From the NCBI GenBank assembly GCA_964651705.1, contig CAZYWZ010000014.1, positions 9,743 to 73,742 on the forward strand: a stretch of DNA of 64,000 bases, in the 5' to 3' direction. The notes under the pieces are model-generated. The model saw nothing but the letters and a program-made list of their open reading frames with translations, was not told the origin of the DNA and made no database searches. The DNA is from an uncultured Verrucomicrobiales bacterium (GTDB lineage: Bacteria; Verrucomicrobiota; Verrucomicrobiia; JADLBR01). This document shows, piece after piece, positions 19,298-29,816 of the stretch (positions are counted from its first letter, which is position 1; each line of letters begins with the position of its first letter). Made by a program: the position numbers and the translations under genes.

Positions 19298-20496
19298 TTG
19301 TCGCCGACGAGAACTTTGCGGAGCGCTTCGATCCTGGCGGCACCTTCCCCGTCTGGCGGCGGCAGGGCCGGCGCTAGCCAGCCGCCCTCGTCGAACTCGT
19401 TCCACGCGTAGATCAGCACCAGCTCGGCGCCGTCCGGCCCCGGATGCTTCTTGAACCACTCGACGCCGCGCCCGACGTGGGCCGCGATTTCCTGCGGGGT
19501 GCCCCGCCGGTAATAATACTGGTCGGCATCCGGCTTCAGGTGGAACGACTCCCATGAGACGGGGTTCATCACGCGGGTCCGACGGTCCCAGCCGGTCATG
19601 CAGATGGGGACCGCCGGCGTGCCCGTCTCCTCGCAGGATGCCCAGAATGCCTCCGCGTGCGCCGCCAGATCGGCGAACGGTGCCGCCTTCGCCCTTCCGT
19701 CCGACTTGGCGTAGGCGCTGAGCGCATCACCCCCGAACATGTCGCAGTACCTCTTCGCGGCCTTTGGCGAACCATCGCAGAATACCAGGTAGGGTTTTCC
19801 GAGGCCGCACGCCGCGACCTCGTTCGCAAAGGATGGCCAGGGGCCGGCGAGGACCTTGTTCGCCAGGGCGTCGTTGAAGAACCCCATGAACAAGACCGGC
19901 CGGTTTCCCCGCACCTTCAGGTAATTCGGTTCCCTGACCACGCGCAGCAGGTGCGCCCAATAGGCGCGCTCCGCGCCCTCGTCCGGCAGCCGTCCGTACG
20001 CCGGCCACATCGGCACGAAGAGCGAGAAGCGGATCTTGTCGCGGTTCCTGCACGCGAGGAACGTCTTCAGCGTGTAACTCAGCGGCGAGGCCTCAGGATA
20101 GGCGGTGAACGCCCAATAGTCCAATCCCCCGTGGACGGCATGCTCGATCTCCCGCTCGATGATCTCGGGGCGGTCGCCGTTGAAGGATTGGGCCGTTCCG
20201 TCCGCGTTTAGCGTCGTGAAGAACGGCCAGCGGTAGCGCCACGGTTCGGCGGCCAGCGATCGCTGCGTCTCCCTGCCCGGATCCTGACTCACCTTTCGGT
20301 TGCGGGTGGGATCGAATCCGGGAAACTCGACCGAGGCCGGTGGCCGTGCCGATGCGGGCAGCGTCCCATACCACGCGTCCCATCGGATGGCGCCGACCAG
20401 GGGCCGCGCCTCGTTGGTCTTTTCTGCGGCGCAAAGCGCGAAGGGCACCATTGGGTTGAGCCCCAGCACGAGGATCAGTGTCTTTGCGGCATTCAT
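19294..20496 (-). CDS. secreted (beta/alpha)8 glycosidase candidate, GH99/GH71-like, paralog of 21900-23033
   Basis: Signal MNAAKTLILVLGLN. Conserved C-terminal IYAWNEFDEGGWL (E-x-x-E) shared with the paralog (IYAWNEIGEGGWL). Confidence 0.5.
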   Translation of the reverse strand: MNAAKTLILVLGLNPMVPFALCAAEKTNEARPLVGAIRWDAWYGTLPASARPPASVEFPGFDPTRNRKVSQDPGRETQRSLAAEPWRYRWPFFTTLNADGTAQSFNGDRPEIIEREIEHAVHGGLDYWAFTAYPEASPLSYTLKTFLACRNRDKIRFSLFVPMWPAYGRLPDEGAERAYWAHLLRVVREPNYLKVRGNRPVLFMGFFNDALANKVLAGPWPSFANEVAACGLGKPYLVFCDGSPKAAKRYCDMFGGDALSAYAKSDGRAKAAPFADLAAHAEAFWASCEETGTPAVPICMTGWDRRTRVMNPVSWESFHLKPDADQYYYRRGTPQEIAAHVGRGVEWFKKHPGPDGAELVLIYAWNEFDEGGWLAPALPPPDGEGAARIEALRKVLVGDK

Positions 20497-20515
20497 CGTG
20501 CGGCCCGCCTTCGGT

Positions 20516-21874
20516 CTAGGGATGCGCGGCGGGCGTGATCGCGTAGGCGTGCGGGATCGGGGCGCGGCTGGCCAGCGCCTCTTTCTCAAGGGCGGCCACC
20601 TGTTTGAGAAGTTCGCCGTACTGCGACCACTTCTTGATATAGGTGAGCGCCGAGGCCGCGCTGTATTCCGTCTTGTCTTTGAAACTGTCGTAGTGCGCCT
20701 GCACCGCGGCCGGATCGTCGGGATCGATCTTGTAGTGGCTCTGCATCCAGCGGCGCGTGTTCATCAGCCGGCAGGCCTGTGCCTCCGCATCCCGCCGCTG
20801 GGCGTTGAATCGGGCGACTGCCTTCGCCTGTTTGAACTGCGGCGTCGCCTCCTTGAGGGCGAGATTGATCCCGCCCTCCAACTCGCTCGCGGAGTGGCGA
20901 CCCACCACCGCTCCATCGATCTTCAGCTCGTAGGTGCCGGCCGTCAGGCCTCGGACCGATAGGATCTCCTGATTGAGATCTCTCTCGATTGGCAGCAGTT
21001 CGAGCGCCATCTTGGCCGCTGGGTCGACAGGAAACGGCAGCGCCTTCGCCAGCACCGTGAACGTGATGCCCCCGTCCTTCTTCGCCACGGATATGACCTC
21101 GGCGTTGGCGCAGCCTGCCGCGGCATCCAACGCGACTTTGGAGACGACGGGCGGCGCGCCCTGTGCCTTCAGAAACAGCCATGCCATCATCAGGTGTCCC
21201 GGCGCGCCCGGATGCACGCGGTCGGCCCCGACGATGGTCCACCCCGGGTCCTTCTTCTGTCGTTCCAGGTTGAGCGTCGTCATCGGCCCGTGGAAATCCA
21301 CGACCGTGCCGTTGTTACTTGCGGCCAGTTCTCGCACGAACTCCGCGCAGCGGCCCAGGCCGTCGTTGCAGCCGGGCTGGTTGTTGTCTTTGTCGAGTTG
21401 CACGGTCTGGTCGAACGGCGACGGCGTGATGAAGAACAGCTTCGGATCGCCGGCTTCGGTCCGGATGCGGCTGACGACGGTGGCCATGTTCGTCCTGTAG
21501 CTGTTGATGGCGTTCTCCTGGATTGCCCTCTTCTTGTCGTCCGGATTGGCGATATACGATCCGCGGCTCACGTCGTTCATGCCAAACATGATCGTGACTG
21601 CGGTCGGTCGCTTCTCGATGACATCCTCCTGCAAGCGCTTCAGCGACCCGCCCGCCGTATCGCCGGGACGTCCCGCGTTGACGAATCGGATCGTCCGATC
21701 GGGAAAGCGCGTCAGGTAATAGTCGGAGATCATGGTCTGATAGCTTCCGGCGGCGGTGATGCTGTCCCCGAGGAGCACCACCGTCTCGCCGTCCTTGAAC
21801 ATCTCGGCGGGCGCGGTGGTTCCGGGCATCCACGCGCCGATCAGAAGGGCCGCCGCCTTTATGGATATCTTCAT
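20516..21874 (-). CDS. SGNH/GDSL hydrolase (carbohydrate esterase) with C-terminal extension
   Basis: Block I LLGDSIT, block III FGMND, block V DRVHP. Signal peptide MKISIKAAALLIGAWMP. Confidence 0.75.
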   Translation of the reverse strand: MKISIKAAALLIGAWMPGTTAPAEMFKDGETVVLLGDSITAAGSYQTMISDYYLTRFPDRTIRFVNAGRPGDTAGGSLKRLQEDVIEKRPTAVTIMFGMNDVSRGSYIANPDDKKRAIQENAINSYRTNMATVVSRIRTEAGDPKLFFITPSPFDQTVQLDKDNNQPGCNDGLGRCAEFVRELAASNNGTVVDFHGPMTTLNLERQKKDPGWTIVGADRVHPGAPGHLMMAWLFLKAQGAPPVVSKVALDAAAGCANAEVISVAKKDGGITFTVLAKALPFPVDPAAKMALELLPIERDLNQEILSVRGLTAGTYELKIDGAVVGRHSASELEGGINLALKEATPQFKQAKAVARFNAQRRDAEAQACRLMNTRRWMQSHYKIDPDDPAAVQAHYDSFKDKTEYSAASALTYIKKWSQYGELLKQVAALEKEALASRAPIPHAYAITPAAHP

Positions 21875-21899
21875 CGCAAACCTCCGCCCGATTCCTCTT

Positions 21900-23033
21900 T
21901 CACTTGCCAAGCACGGCCCGCCGGATCGCCTTGAGGTATGCACCGTCGGGGTCGTCCTTGCAGGGCACGAGCCAGCCGCCCTCGCCGATCTCGTTCCACG
22001 CGTAGATCAGCGCGAGCCGGTCCTTCGTGGTCTGGCTCGGGTTCGCGTCCATCCAGTCCGCCATCTGGATCATGTAGCGCTCGAGCTCCTCCGGCGTGCC
22101 CCGGGCAAAATGGGGGGAGACGCCAGAACCTTGCCCCAGTCCTTCCCCGTTCTTGGCCTCCCAGGGGCGCCGGTCCCAGCCTTGGGTTGCCACCGGGATG
22201 TAGGGTAGGGGCGGTCGGTCGGTGCGATGCCACACGGACACGTTCCAATCCACGAGCAACTTAAACGGGTAGATGTCCTCTAGGTTGAGGCCTTCGCGCG
22301 GCTTGGTGTTGTAGGCGGTCACGATCTGATATCCCTCTTCGGCCGTGACGTTGCCGCAGCCCGCCGCCCACACGCCCGGAAAGCCGGCCTTCTTGGCCGC
22401 CTCCTGGAGGTAGGCTAGCCCGGCCTTGTCGGCGCCCTTGGGCGAGAAGATCATGATCACGGGCCTGCCCTCGGACCGCAGGTAGCGGGGATGCTTGAAA
22501 TAGTTCGCGATCCAGTAGTCGGCGGCCTGCCGCCATGCGTCCGGGCCCACGATTTCGGCACCGCGGTGATTCGCGACCAGCAGGGAAAACTCCATCCGGT
22601 CATTGTTCTTCGCTCCCATGAATAGGCGCATCGGCAGATGCTTCGAGTCCTCCTCGATGCCGCCGACATTGATGGGCGCCTTATTGTCGTGCCAATACCA
22701 GCAGAACGAGAAGTGCGCGATGCCGTGGTCCGCGGCCAACGCGATCTGGCGCTCCATCAGCTCGGGGGTATCGTCGCGCCATCCCCAGACCGGCGTGCGG
22801 CCCGAGAACTCGGTCGCCAGTTTCTTGGTGAAATGGGTCGGCATTCCGCGGGCCCACGCGTTTGAGACGGAGCCGTCGTCGTAGGGGCTCTTGCCCGACC
22901 AGCCGGCGAAATAGTAGGCGCCCAGTTTCATCCGGGGCTTTGTCCCCGGCGGTTCGGCGCCCCATGTTTGTGCCGACAGGACCAGGAACGCGGCCCACAG
23001 GATCGCCTGGGTGTGATTCATGGTGCATTTCAT
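21900..23033 (-). CDS. secreted (beta/alpha)8 glycosidase candidate, GH99/GH71-like, paralog of 19294-20496
   Basis: Signal MKCTMNHTQAILWAAFLVLSAQTWG. C-terminal LALIYAWNEIGEGGWLVP. The ORF-track start at 23342 is rejected as an Arg-rich extension. Confidence 0.5.
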   Translation of the reverse strand: MKCTMNHTQAILWAAFLVLSAQTWGAEPPGTKPRMKLGAYYFAGWSGKSPYDDGSVSNAWARGMPTHFTKKLATEFSGRTPVWGWRDDTPELMERQIALAADHGIAHFSFCWYWHDNKAPINVGGIEEDSKHLPMRLFMGAKNNDRMEFSLLVANHRGAEIVGPDAWRQAADYWIANYFKHPRYLRSEGRPVIMIFSPKGADKAGLAYLQEAAKKAGFPGVWAAGCGNVTAEEGYQIVTAYNTKPREGLNLEDIYPFKLLVDWNVSVWHRTDRPPLPYIPVATQGWDRRPWEAKNGEGLGQGSGVSPHFARGTPEELERYMIQMADWMDANPSQTTKDRLALIYAWNEIGEGGWLVPCKDDPDGAYLKAIRRAVLGK

Positions 23034-23061
23034 CGGGGTGCTCCTTCGGGTGTGTTGCATT

Positions 23062-23778
23062 TCATCTCTCGTCCTTCCGTTGTTTCCGGTTGGCGATGCC
23101 TTCCAGAATCGCGTTCGCGATGGCCCGCATCCCCGTATCGCCAGGATGCGCGGCGACGCCCTTGTGCGAAAAATCGCGCTCGGCGCGGGCATAGTTGGCC
23201 TCGTCTTTGGCGAGCGCGCCGATATCGACGAACGTGCCCCCGACCTCCTGGCAGGCCATTTTGAGCGCCTCGTCCTTCGCGGGATTCGCCCAGAAGCAAC
23301 TGCGCACGACGATGGTTGGCTTGCGGTTTGCGGTGATCGCATGCAGGAGTTTTACCACCGCTTGACCGAACTGTGCCTTGGATGCCGCATCGGTCGGCGC
23401 CGCCGCGTTTTCGCCGATCGCCAGGATGATCAGATCCGAGTTAAAGGCGGCGGCGTCCTCCAGTTGTGCGGCCGCGTCATATGTGGTGTATTCTCGCTCG
23501 AACGCCGCGATGTTCTTGACCAGCGTCTCCGGATCGGGGCCGCCTTTCTGCGTCAATCCCCGGGTGACGAGATGCACGTAGTCCTTGTCCTCCGAGCTGG
23601 CGGCCATGCCCCAGTTCCCGGACCAGCCGATATCCTGCTTGGGGGCGTGACGGGTGATGCTGTTACCGAGGAAGAGGATCTTCCGAAACGCGGGCGGCTC
23701 TTTTGGGGGCGCCTGGTCCGCCGCGGCCGCGGCGAGCGCCGATGCGATCACGAGCGCCGTCGTCGATATGTATCTCAT
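23062..23778 (-). CDS. SGNH/GDSL hydrolase (acetyl-esterase-like)
   Basis: FLGNSIT block I and a GDxGM-like catalytic block. 238 aa with signal peptide. Confidence 0.75.
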   Translation of the reverse strand: MRYISTTALVIASALAAAAADQAPPKEPPAFRKILFLGNSITRHAPKQDIGWSGNWGMAASSEDKDYVHLVTRGLTQKGGPDPETLVKNIAAFEREYTTYDAAAQLEDAAAFNSDLIILAIGENAAAPTDAASKAQFGQAVVKLLHAITANRKPTIVVRSCFWANPAKDEALKMACQEVGGTFVDIGALAKDEANYARAERDFSHKGVAAHPGDTGMRAIANAILEGIANRKQRKDER

Positions 23779-23855
23779 GGTCTTCGCCTCATTTCGCTTC
23801 TGAAGGAGTTGGCAAGGATTCTCGCGCCAGAGACCTTTGCGTGCGGATCAGGGAG

Positions 23856-26252
23856 TCACTTCAACTCGATCATCCCGGCCTCATCGAGCCTCCAATTTTC
23901 CCCAAGCGTCCCCTCCCAGCAGTGCCATTCGCCGAACTCGCTATAGAAGGCGGCCATGTTGAAAGCGGCCCGGCGGTCTGTTGCCGGATTCAGGCCGAGG
24001 GCGGCGAACGGGATGGCCCATTCGCCGCGCCAGCCCTTGCCGAAGAGGCCGCCGGGGCCGGGGATGGACCCGGCGGCGAACCGCGTCGCCTTGCCCACTC
24101 GCTCGGCGGCGTCGGCGGGCGCGCCGGCATCCGTGCCGCTCTGGAGCGCGCCGCACGGGTAACCGCGCACGATAAACGTCGCGGGTTTCCCGTCGGGGGT
24201 CTTTCCCGCGATGCAGATCTCGACGCCGTCGTCCTTGCCCCAGACCGAGTTGGTGCTGACCTTGGCGGGGCCAAACATGGTGACGTTGGCGGCCACGTAG
24301 AGGCAGGTGTCGTCGTACGCAAACTTCGCCATGGCGGGAGCGCCACCGACGCTGAAGCGGGATGGTTCCCGGTCCAGCGTCTGGAGTTTCCCCGGCCATT
24401 CGCCAGTCTTCATCTCGCCGTCGATCGCCGGCGCGGCATCCGCGCGCTCGGCCACGGCGGGGCCCTTCTTGCGCGCCGGCGTGGGTTCTGGCGGCATCGC
24501 GTCGCTGATGGTGAATGGCTCTGGCGCGCCATTCGTTTTGCCGCCGTAGTAGATCACGTTGTTCTTCCATGCGCGGATGCCGTTCGCCTGGCGGACGTTG
24601 AGCTTGCCTGGCACGAACAGCGTATTGCCCTCGAAGGTGCAGCCCACGGATCGCTGGAACGAGACCGTCATGTCGCCATCGGCGATGAAGACGTTGTCGC
24701 GCACGGTGATGTTGCGCGTGATGTGATTGTGGGTGGGCATCGGAACCCCCACGGCCACGTTGCGCTCTATGACGCAGTCCCGAGCGCCCTCGTCGAGGTA
24801 GTAGGCCGAGGCCCCGAAACCGCTGCCCGCCTGCACGACATCCCGGACGACGTTTCCCCGGATGGTGCAGGCATTCATGTTGCCGTAGATCGCCGCGCCG
24901 TCATGCATCTCGCGCATCACGCGGTAGATCAGGTTCTCCTCGATGAGGTTGCCCGTGGATCCGCCCCCGCCGATGATCCCGGAGTAGGGCGCGTCGTGGA
25001 TCTCGTTTCGGAGGATGCGCAGCCTGTTTCCGGTGAGCATGGACGCGGCGGCGCCGGGGTAGTACACGCCCAGGTGATGGATGTGGTTCCGGGCGATGAG
25101 CGTCTCCTCGCCCTGGATCTTTGCGCCGCACGCGCCGATGTGATGGATCCGGCAGCCGGTGAGGCGGCAGTTGAAAAGCTGATCCCCCCGGAAGCCGACG
25201 CCGCCGACGTTGCGGATCTCGAGATCCTCGAACGCGCAGTTCTTTCCGGAGACCACGTGGATGGCGCCGTCGAATGCGGTGGCGCCGAAGCTCGCGGGCT
25301 TGAGCGGCGCGGTGGTCGCCTGCACGCCCAGGCCGCGAATCGTCATGCCCTCGACGGGTTTGTCGCGAGAGCCGGTGATGCCGATGACCCTTTGGGTGGC
25401 TGGCGCGACGATCTTGATCTTGGCCATGTCCTCGCCCTGGAGCGGCCAATAGACGAGGCGGCCGGCCGTGCGGTCGAGGTACCACTGGCCCGGGCGGGTC
25501 ATTCCCTCACGCGTGTTGTAGATCACGTACTTCCTCCGGTTCAAGGCCCCGGGTGGCCAGGCGGGCTCGGAGGAGAGGATCAGCGCGTGCCGTTGGAGAT
25601 CGTTGCTGGAGACCCCGACGAGCGATTCGGCCCACATGTGGTACAGGCGGACCTCGGCGTTTCTCACGTCGAGCGTGGGCGGGATGTCCTTTGGGTCGTA
25701 GGGCATCGTGGTGAGTTCCTCGTGCGTCGGCTTGCGCTCCCAATGTCCCGCTACGGCGGGCAGGAGGGGCAGGTTCCAGGTGCCTAGGTTCTCGAACGCG
25801 TTGGTCGCCGGGAAGCGGGCGCGCTCGGCGAGTCGGCCGTCGACGACCAGGGCGCGAAAATCCCATGTCCCCTCCTTGACGCCGGGCAAGTCCGCGCACC
25901 ACAGGGCGCCGCCGCAGCGCTTCCAGCCCGTCACGCGGCGGCCACCGTACAGCGTGGCGCCGTTGGTGGTCGCCGACTCGATGGTCAGGCCGTTGTCGCG
26001 GGCGTCGAACTCGACGGGCCGATGAAGGAAATACTCGCCTGGCATCACGGCGATGCGATGGGGTCCCGTGCCGGCCTTCCTCGCCGCATCGCGCGCCGCC
26101 TCCAGCGTCGCGAACGGTTGCTGCTCGGTTCCGGCGTTCGTGTCGTCGCCCCCGGGGGCGACATGGAAGGTGGCGGAATCCGCCGGCTCAATGAAGGCCA
26201 GCGCGACGGCGGCCAAGATCGCCGCATGGTTGGTGTGGATCGCCTGATTCAT
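23856..26252 (-). CDS. secreted right-handed parallel beta-helix repeat protein with C-terminal extra domain, paralog of 6670-8946
   Basis: Start MNQAIHTNHAAILAAVALAF at 26252 overlaps the upstream stop (ATGA, 26249-26252). Beta-helix repeats RNHIHHLG, NEIHDAPYSG, NLIEENLIY. The ORF-track N-terminal 337 codons (to 27263) are rejected. Confidence 0.65.
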   Translation of the reverse strand: MNQAIHTNHAAILAAVALAFIEPADSATFHVAPGGDDTNAGTEQQPFATLEAARDAARKAGTGPHRIAVMPGEYFLHRPVEFDARDNGLTIESATTNGATLYGGRRVTGWKRCGGALWCADLPGVKEGTWDFRALVVDGRLAERARFPATNAFENLGTWNLPLLPAVAGHWERKPTHEELTTMPYDPKDIPPTLDVRNAEVRLYHMWAESLVGVSSNDLQRHALILSSEPAWPPGALNRRKYVIYNTREGMTRPGQWYLDRTAGRLVYWPLQGEDMAKIKIVAPATQRVIGITGSRDKPVEGMTIRGLGVQATTAPLKPASFGATAFDGAIHVVSGKNCAFEDLEIRNVGGVGFRGDQLFNCRLTGCRIHHIGACGAKIQGEETLIARNHIHHLGVYYPGAAASMLTGNRLRILRNEIHDAPYSGIIGGGGSTGNLIEENLIYRVMREMHDGAAIYGNMNACTIRGNVVRDVVQAGSGFGASAYYLDEGARDCVIERNVAVGVPMPTHNHITRNITVRDNVFIADGDMTVSFQRSVGCTFEGNTLFVPGKLNVRQANGIRAWKNNVIYYGGKTNGAPEPFTISDAMPPEPTPARKKGPAVAERADAAPAIDGEMKTGEWPGKLQTLDREPSRFSVGGAPAMAKFAYDDTCLYVAANVTMFGPAKVSTNSVWGKDDGVEICIAGKTPDGKPATFIVRGYPCGALQSGTDAGAPADAAERVGKATRFAAGSIPGPGGLFGKGWRGEWAIPFAALGLNPATDRRAAFNMAAFYSEFGEWHCWEGTLGENWRLDEAGMIELK

Positions 26253-28351
26253 TGGGGCGACTCCAGCAGCAGGTAGTTTCGGGGCGGGACGGCGACGCCG
26301 GCAGGCAGCGCGAATGGCTCCTCGCGATAGTTGACCAGCACCCGCTGGCCGTTGGCGTAGGTGGTCTCGACGACGCCCTCTTCTATCTGGCGGTGGCTCT
26401 CGAGAAATTCCATCTGGAGATGCCCGAGGCGTCCGACATCGTCGTATACGCGTCGCAGGCCCGCCACGGTCTCCTTCAGTTGCCCGGGGTCGTCGTAGCG
26501 GTAGTCGTTTTTGCCGAGCCAGTTCTTGGCGGCGTCGAGGAGGAAGTGGCCGTAGAAATACGCCAGTGGCGCCGCGCCGTACTCGATGCCGCGCAGGTAG
26601 GCGTCCTCGCCCGGGCGGCTGTTCACGGATTCGGTGGATAGCGTGTACAGCATGACGCCGTGGTAGACGGTCTCGTAAAGCGGAACGCGCGCGTCCACGT
26701 AGGGTCGATTCGTCAGGGGCAGCCACTTGTCGCAATCGACGTAGAGGAGGCGGTCGAGCGCTGGCGCGGCGAAGTCCAGCGAGCCCTCGGACTGTGAGCC
26801 GCCGAACGTCTTTTGCGCGAGCGCGAGGATGCGGGTGGTGGCTTTGGCATCTTGGCCTCGGGTCTGTGGGTGGGCCGGGTCGTAACAGGGGCGTGGACCG
26901 AGGATCGAGAGCACGTCGGAGTAGTGGAGGCCATTGAATCCGAGCGCGCGGATGCGGGGCATGTCGCGTTTGGCGAAGAGGTCCAACGCGCGCGCGAGGC
27001 AGATGTTGTAGCTCTGTCCGCCGCCCCAGGCGCCGCCCTTTTGCGGCGAACCATCGCGCTCCTTGCGCAGATATTCCTCGCTCCAGTCCTCGGAGATGCG
27101 GTACGCGCCGTAGTAGCAGTCGTGAGCGACCATCTGGTAGCCGAGGGATTGCCCGTGGCGGATGGTCGTGCGCAGCGCGTCCTCGCCTCCCAGCGCGGGC
27201 TCGACGGGGAAGACCTGCGGGTAGCGGCCGTCGTGGCCGCCGCGGTTCCAGCCGACGAGGCAAAATTCGGCGCGCGCGATCCCCTGCCGGTGGAACTCAT
27301 CGAGGATGTCGCGCACGCGGCGGAAATCGCAGAAGACGCGAACGGGCGGTTCGGTCTCGGGCGTCTGCTCTTTGATCTCATGGGGAACTGGTTTGACGCC
27401 GAGCCGTATGCGGACCTCGATGGCGCGCGCCGAATATGCCAGGGCCGTGGACCCCGCCGCGCGCTCGCGCAGGGGCCGGATGCCGCGATGCGCGAAGTTG
27501 TATTGACGGTAGCGTTTGCCGATGGCGGGCCACCCTGCCTCGGGGGCGGGGAGAAAATGGTAGTCCACCGCGATGTCGTCCGGCAGGCGGGCCTCCTCGC
27601 GGAAAGAGCGGAGCGTGAACGCCGGATCGATCCCGTACTGGTGCCGTGGGCCCACGTTTGTCGCGACGCAAAACCGCGCGTCGAACTGCCCGCCCGTGAT
27701 GATCCCGGCGAGGGCGCCGCCGCCGCGCACGATGCCGAACAGCGGCATCGGGCACTGGCAGGAACTCTGGTACACCGACACCCAGTGTTCGCCGGGCCGC
27801 TTGTCCCGAAAATGGCACAGCGCGCCCGACTGCTGCGCGATGACCAGGTAGCCGTCATCTCCCTCCGATGCCGCGCCGAAACGCGGCAGCAGCCGCAGTG
27901 TCTTCAGTCGCGCCTGGCCGGTCTCTTGCATGCTGTCGGCGGGGGCGCGGGCGGTCAGCGTGTCGTTGGTGGCGGTCAGCCTCAGGTCCAAGAAGAAGCC
28001 GAGGTCCGCGTGTTGGCATCCGAGCCGGAATCCGCCTTCGATCGCGCGGCGCTCGATCGTCCAGCCCTCGTCCGGGATCAGGCCGAGCGAGCGCTCTTTG
28101 CCCGCGGCGTCCCAGAAGGTGACCTCGGCGAGGCGATCGCACCTCCAGGCCAGCGGGTCGTCGCTTCGTTGGACGGAAATGGCGCCGCTGTCCGGGGCGA
28201 CATCCCACGCCAGGCTACCGGCGGCGCCTGTGTGGGGCGGCCCCGCAAACGATGCCAGGGCCATGGCGAGCCACGGCAGGCATGCGCGCGCCGTCACGAG
28301 ATGGGATTTTGGGGTGCGTCTGGCCGGGGACCGGTTGGGGTGCCGGGCCAT
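26249..28351 (-). CDS. putative glycoside-hydrolase-like protein, paralog of 14724-16805
   Basis: Shared YHFLPAPEAGWPAIGKRYR block. Start chosen at MARHPNRS..LPWLAMALASFAG (signal-like). The ORF extends to 28432. Confidence 0.55.
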   Translation of the reverse strand: MARHPNRSPARRTPKSHLVTARACLPWLAMALASFAGPPHTGAAGSLAWDVAPDSGAISVQRSDDPLAWRCDRLAEVTFWDAAGKERSLGLIPDEGWTIERRAIEGGFRLGCQHADLGFFLDLRLTATNDTLTARAPADSMQETGQARLKTLRLLPRFGAASEGDDGYLVIAQQSGALCHFRDKRPGEHWVSVYQSSCQCPMPLFGIVRGGGALAGIITGGQFDARFCVATNVGPRHQYGIDPAFTLRSFREEARLPDDIAVDYHFLPAPEAGWPAIGKRYRQYNFAHRGIRPLRERAAGSTALAYSARAIEVRIRLGVKPVPHEIKEQTPETEPPVRVFCDFRRVRDILDEFHRQGIARAEFCLVGWNRGGHDGRYPQVFPVEPALGGEDALRTTIRHGQSLGYQMVAHDCYYGAYRISEDWSEEYLRKERDGSPQKGGAWGGGQSYNICLARALDLFAKRDMPRIRALGFNGLHYSDVLSILGPRPCYDPAHPQTRGQDAKATTRILALAQKTFGGSQSEGSLDFAAPALDRLLYVDCDKWLPLTNRPYVDARVPLYETVYHGVMLYTLSTESVNSRPGEDAYLRGIEYGAAPLAYFYGHFLLDAAKNWLGKNDYRYDDPGQLKETVAGLRRVYDDVGRLGHLQMEFLESHRQIEEGVVETTYANGQRVLVNYREEPFALPAGVAVPPRNYLLLESPQ

Positions 28352-28421
28352 CGGATCCACGGTCGGACGACCGCGGTTGCGATCTGGAGTGTTCGTGCGG
28401 CATCCCTCGGATACTTTCGGG

Positions 28422-29816
28422 TCAGTTTCCATGTTCGGTTATCCGGTCGTTTCGAAACGTCCACGCCAGCGCCGCGAGGATGGCGAGCGCCCCGATGAGG
28501 TAGGCGGCGGACAGGCCGGCAAAACCCAGGGACAGGCCGCGGACCTGCCCGAGCGATTGGGCGCCCAGGCCGATGAGCCATGGGGAGAGCGACCCGGCGA
28601 GGAACGCGACCATCACCATGACGGAGACAGCAGACGCGCGGAAGCGGGGTTCGATGACATCGAACAGCGAGGCGTGGGTGTTGCTCTCATAGAGGCCGCG
28701 GAACAGGCCGAAGGCCGACATCGCGAGCAGGGTGGCGCCGAGGTCGGATGCGAGGCCCATCACGGCGATGGCGGGTGCGCCCAGCGCCATCGAGATGGCC
28801 TGCATCCTGAGACGTGACGCGGGCCAGCGCGCCGCCCACCGGTCGGAGAGATGGCCGCCGACGATGACGCCCACGAGCGCCAGCAGGTGGTGGAAAAACA
28901 TCGCATAACCGCCCGACACCGTGAGCGAGAGCGAGAATTTCTCTTTGAGGAACACCGGGGCCCAGACGACGTAGGCGTTGTTGACGGTGACGATGGCGGT
29001 GAAGCCGATGGTCAGGAGGATTGCGGTGGGCACCCGGAACAGTTTTCCCAGCGCCTCGAATGGGTGCAGCCAGCGCGTGCCGGCGGCGGCAGGCATTCCT
29101 GCCTGCGCCGGCGGCCCTGAGCCGACCTTGGCAGACAGGAATGTCTGCCTCACGGGCGCCCCGTTGTCCCGAGAACGCGGCGCGTCTTTGAGTCGGAACA
29201 CAAAGACGGCGCCGAGGAAGATGCCGCAGCCCCCGAAGGCGTAGAACGCCGAGCGCCAGCCCCAGCGCTCGGCGATCCAGCCGCCCAGGAAGCCGCTGGC
29301 CATCACGCCGACGTAGAGGGCCGCCTGATGGATCGACATGGCGAGGGCGCGGGTCTCCCGATGGTAGGTCCCCAGCAGGGAATAGGCCGCCGGGGCGTAG
29401 AAGGACTCCCCGCCCGCGGTCGCGACGCTGCGCAGCAGGATGAGGCTCACGATCCCGCCCGCAAATCCCGTGAATAGCGTCGCCGAACTCCAGAAGATGA
29501 GGGCGCCGGTGATGAGCCACTTGCGGCTCAGGATGTCGCCGAGGTACCCGGCGAAAGGCATCAGCACCGCAAGGGTCGCGAACAGGACCGTTCCCACGAG
29601 CCCCACCTGGGGATCGCTCAGCCCGAGATCGGCGCGGATGTCGGCGAGCACGACCCCGAAGATCGCGCGGTCGCCCTGGTGGAAAAAGAAGGCGAGGCAG
29701 AGGAGCGCGAGGAGCTCCCATTTGTAGCGCTGGGCTGGGGGAGAGTGATTCAAGGAAGATGGACAGATTGTAGGCCGGCTGTGCCGGCCGGCAATCTTGA
29801 GTGCGGCGGCTGACAC
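28422..29816 (-). CDS. MFS transporter (sugar acid / oligosaccharide type)
   Basis: 12 predicted TM segments. MFS motifs GDRAIFG and LGDILSRKW (D-R/K-x-G-R-[KR]-like). Confidence 0.8.
   Translation of the reverse strand: MSAAALKIAGRHSRPTICPSSLNHSPPAQRYKWELLALLCLAFFFHQGDRAIFGVVLADIRADLGLSDPQVGLVGTVLFATLAVLMPFAGYLGDILSRKWLITGALIFWSSATLFTGFAGGIVSLILLRSVATAGGESFYAPAAYSLLGTYHRETRALAMSIHQAALYVGVMASGFLGGWIAERWGWRSAFYAFGGCGIFLGAVFVFRLKDAPRSRDNGAPVRQTFLSAKVGSGPPAQAGMPAAAGTRWLHPFEALGKLFRVPTAILLTIGFTAIVTVNNAYVVWAPVFLKEKFSLSLTVSGGYAMFFHHLLALVGVIVGGHLSDRWAARWPASRLRMQAISMALGAPAIAVMGLASDLGATLLAMSAFGLFRGLYESNTHASLFDVIEPRFRASAVSVMVMVAFLAGSLSPWLIGLGAQSLGQVRGLSLGFAGLSAAYLIGALAILAALAWTFRNDRITEHGN

Noticed and set aside
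23856-27263. 1135-aa ORF with Arg/Pro-rich N-terminus
   Set aside because: Residues 1-337 are low-complexity, overlap the upstream gene 26249-28351, and precede a clear signal peptide (MNQAIH...). The true start is at 26252, where the ATG overlaps the upstream stop.
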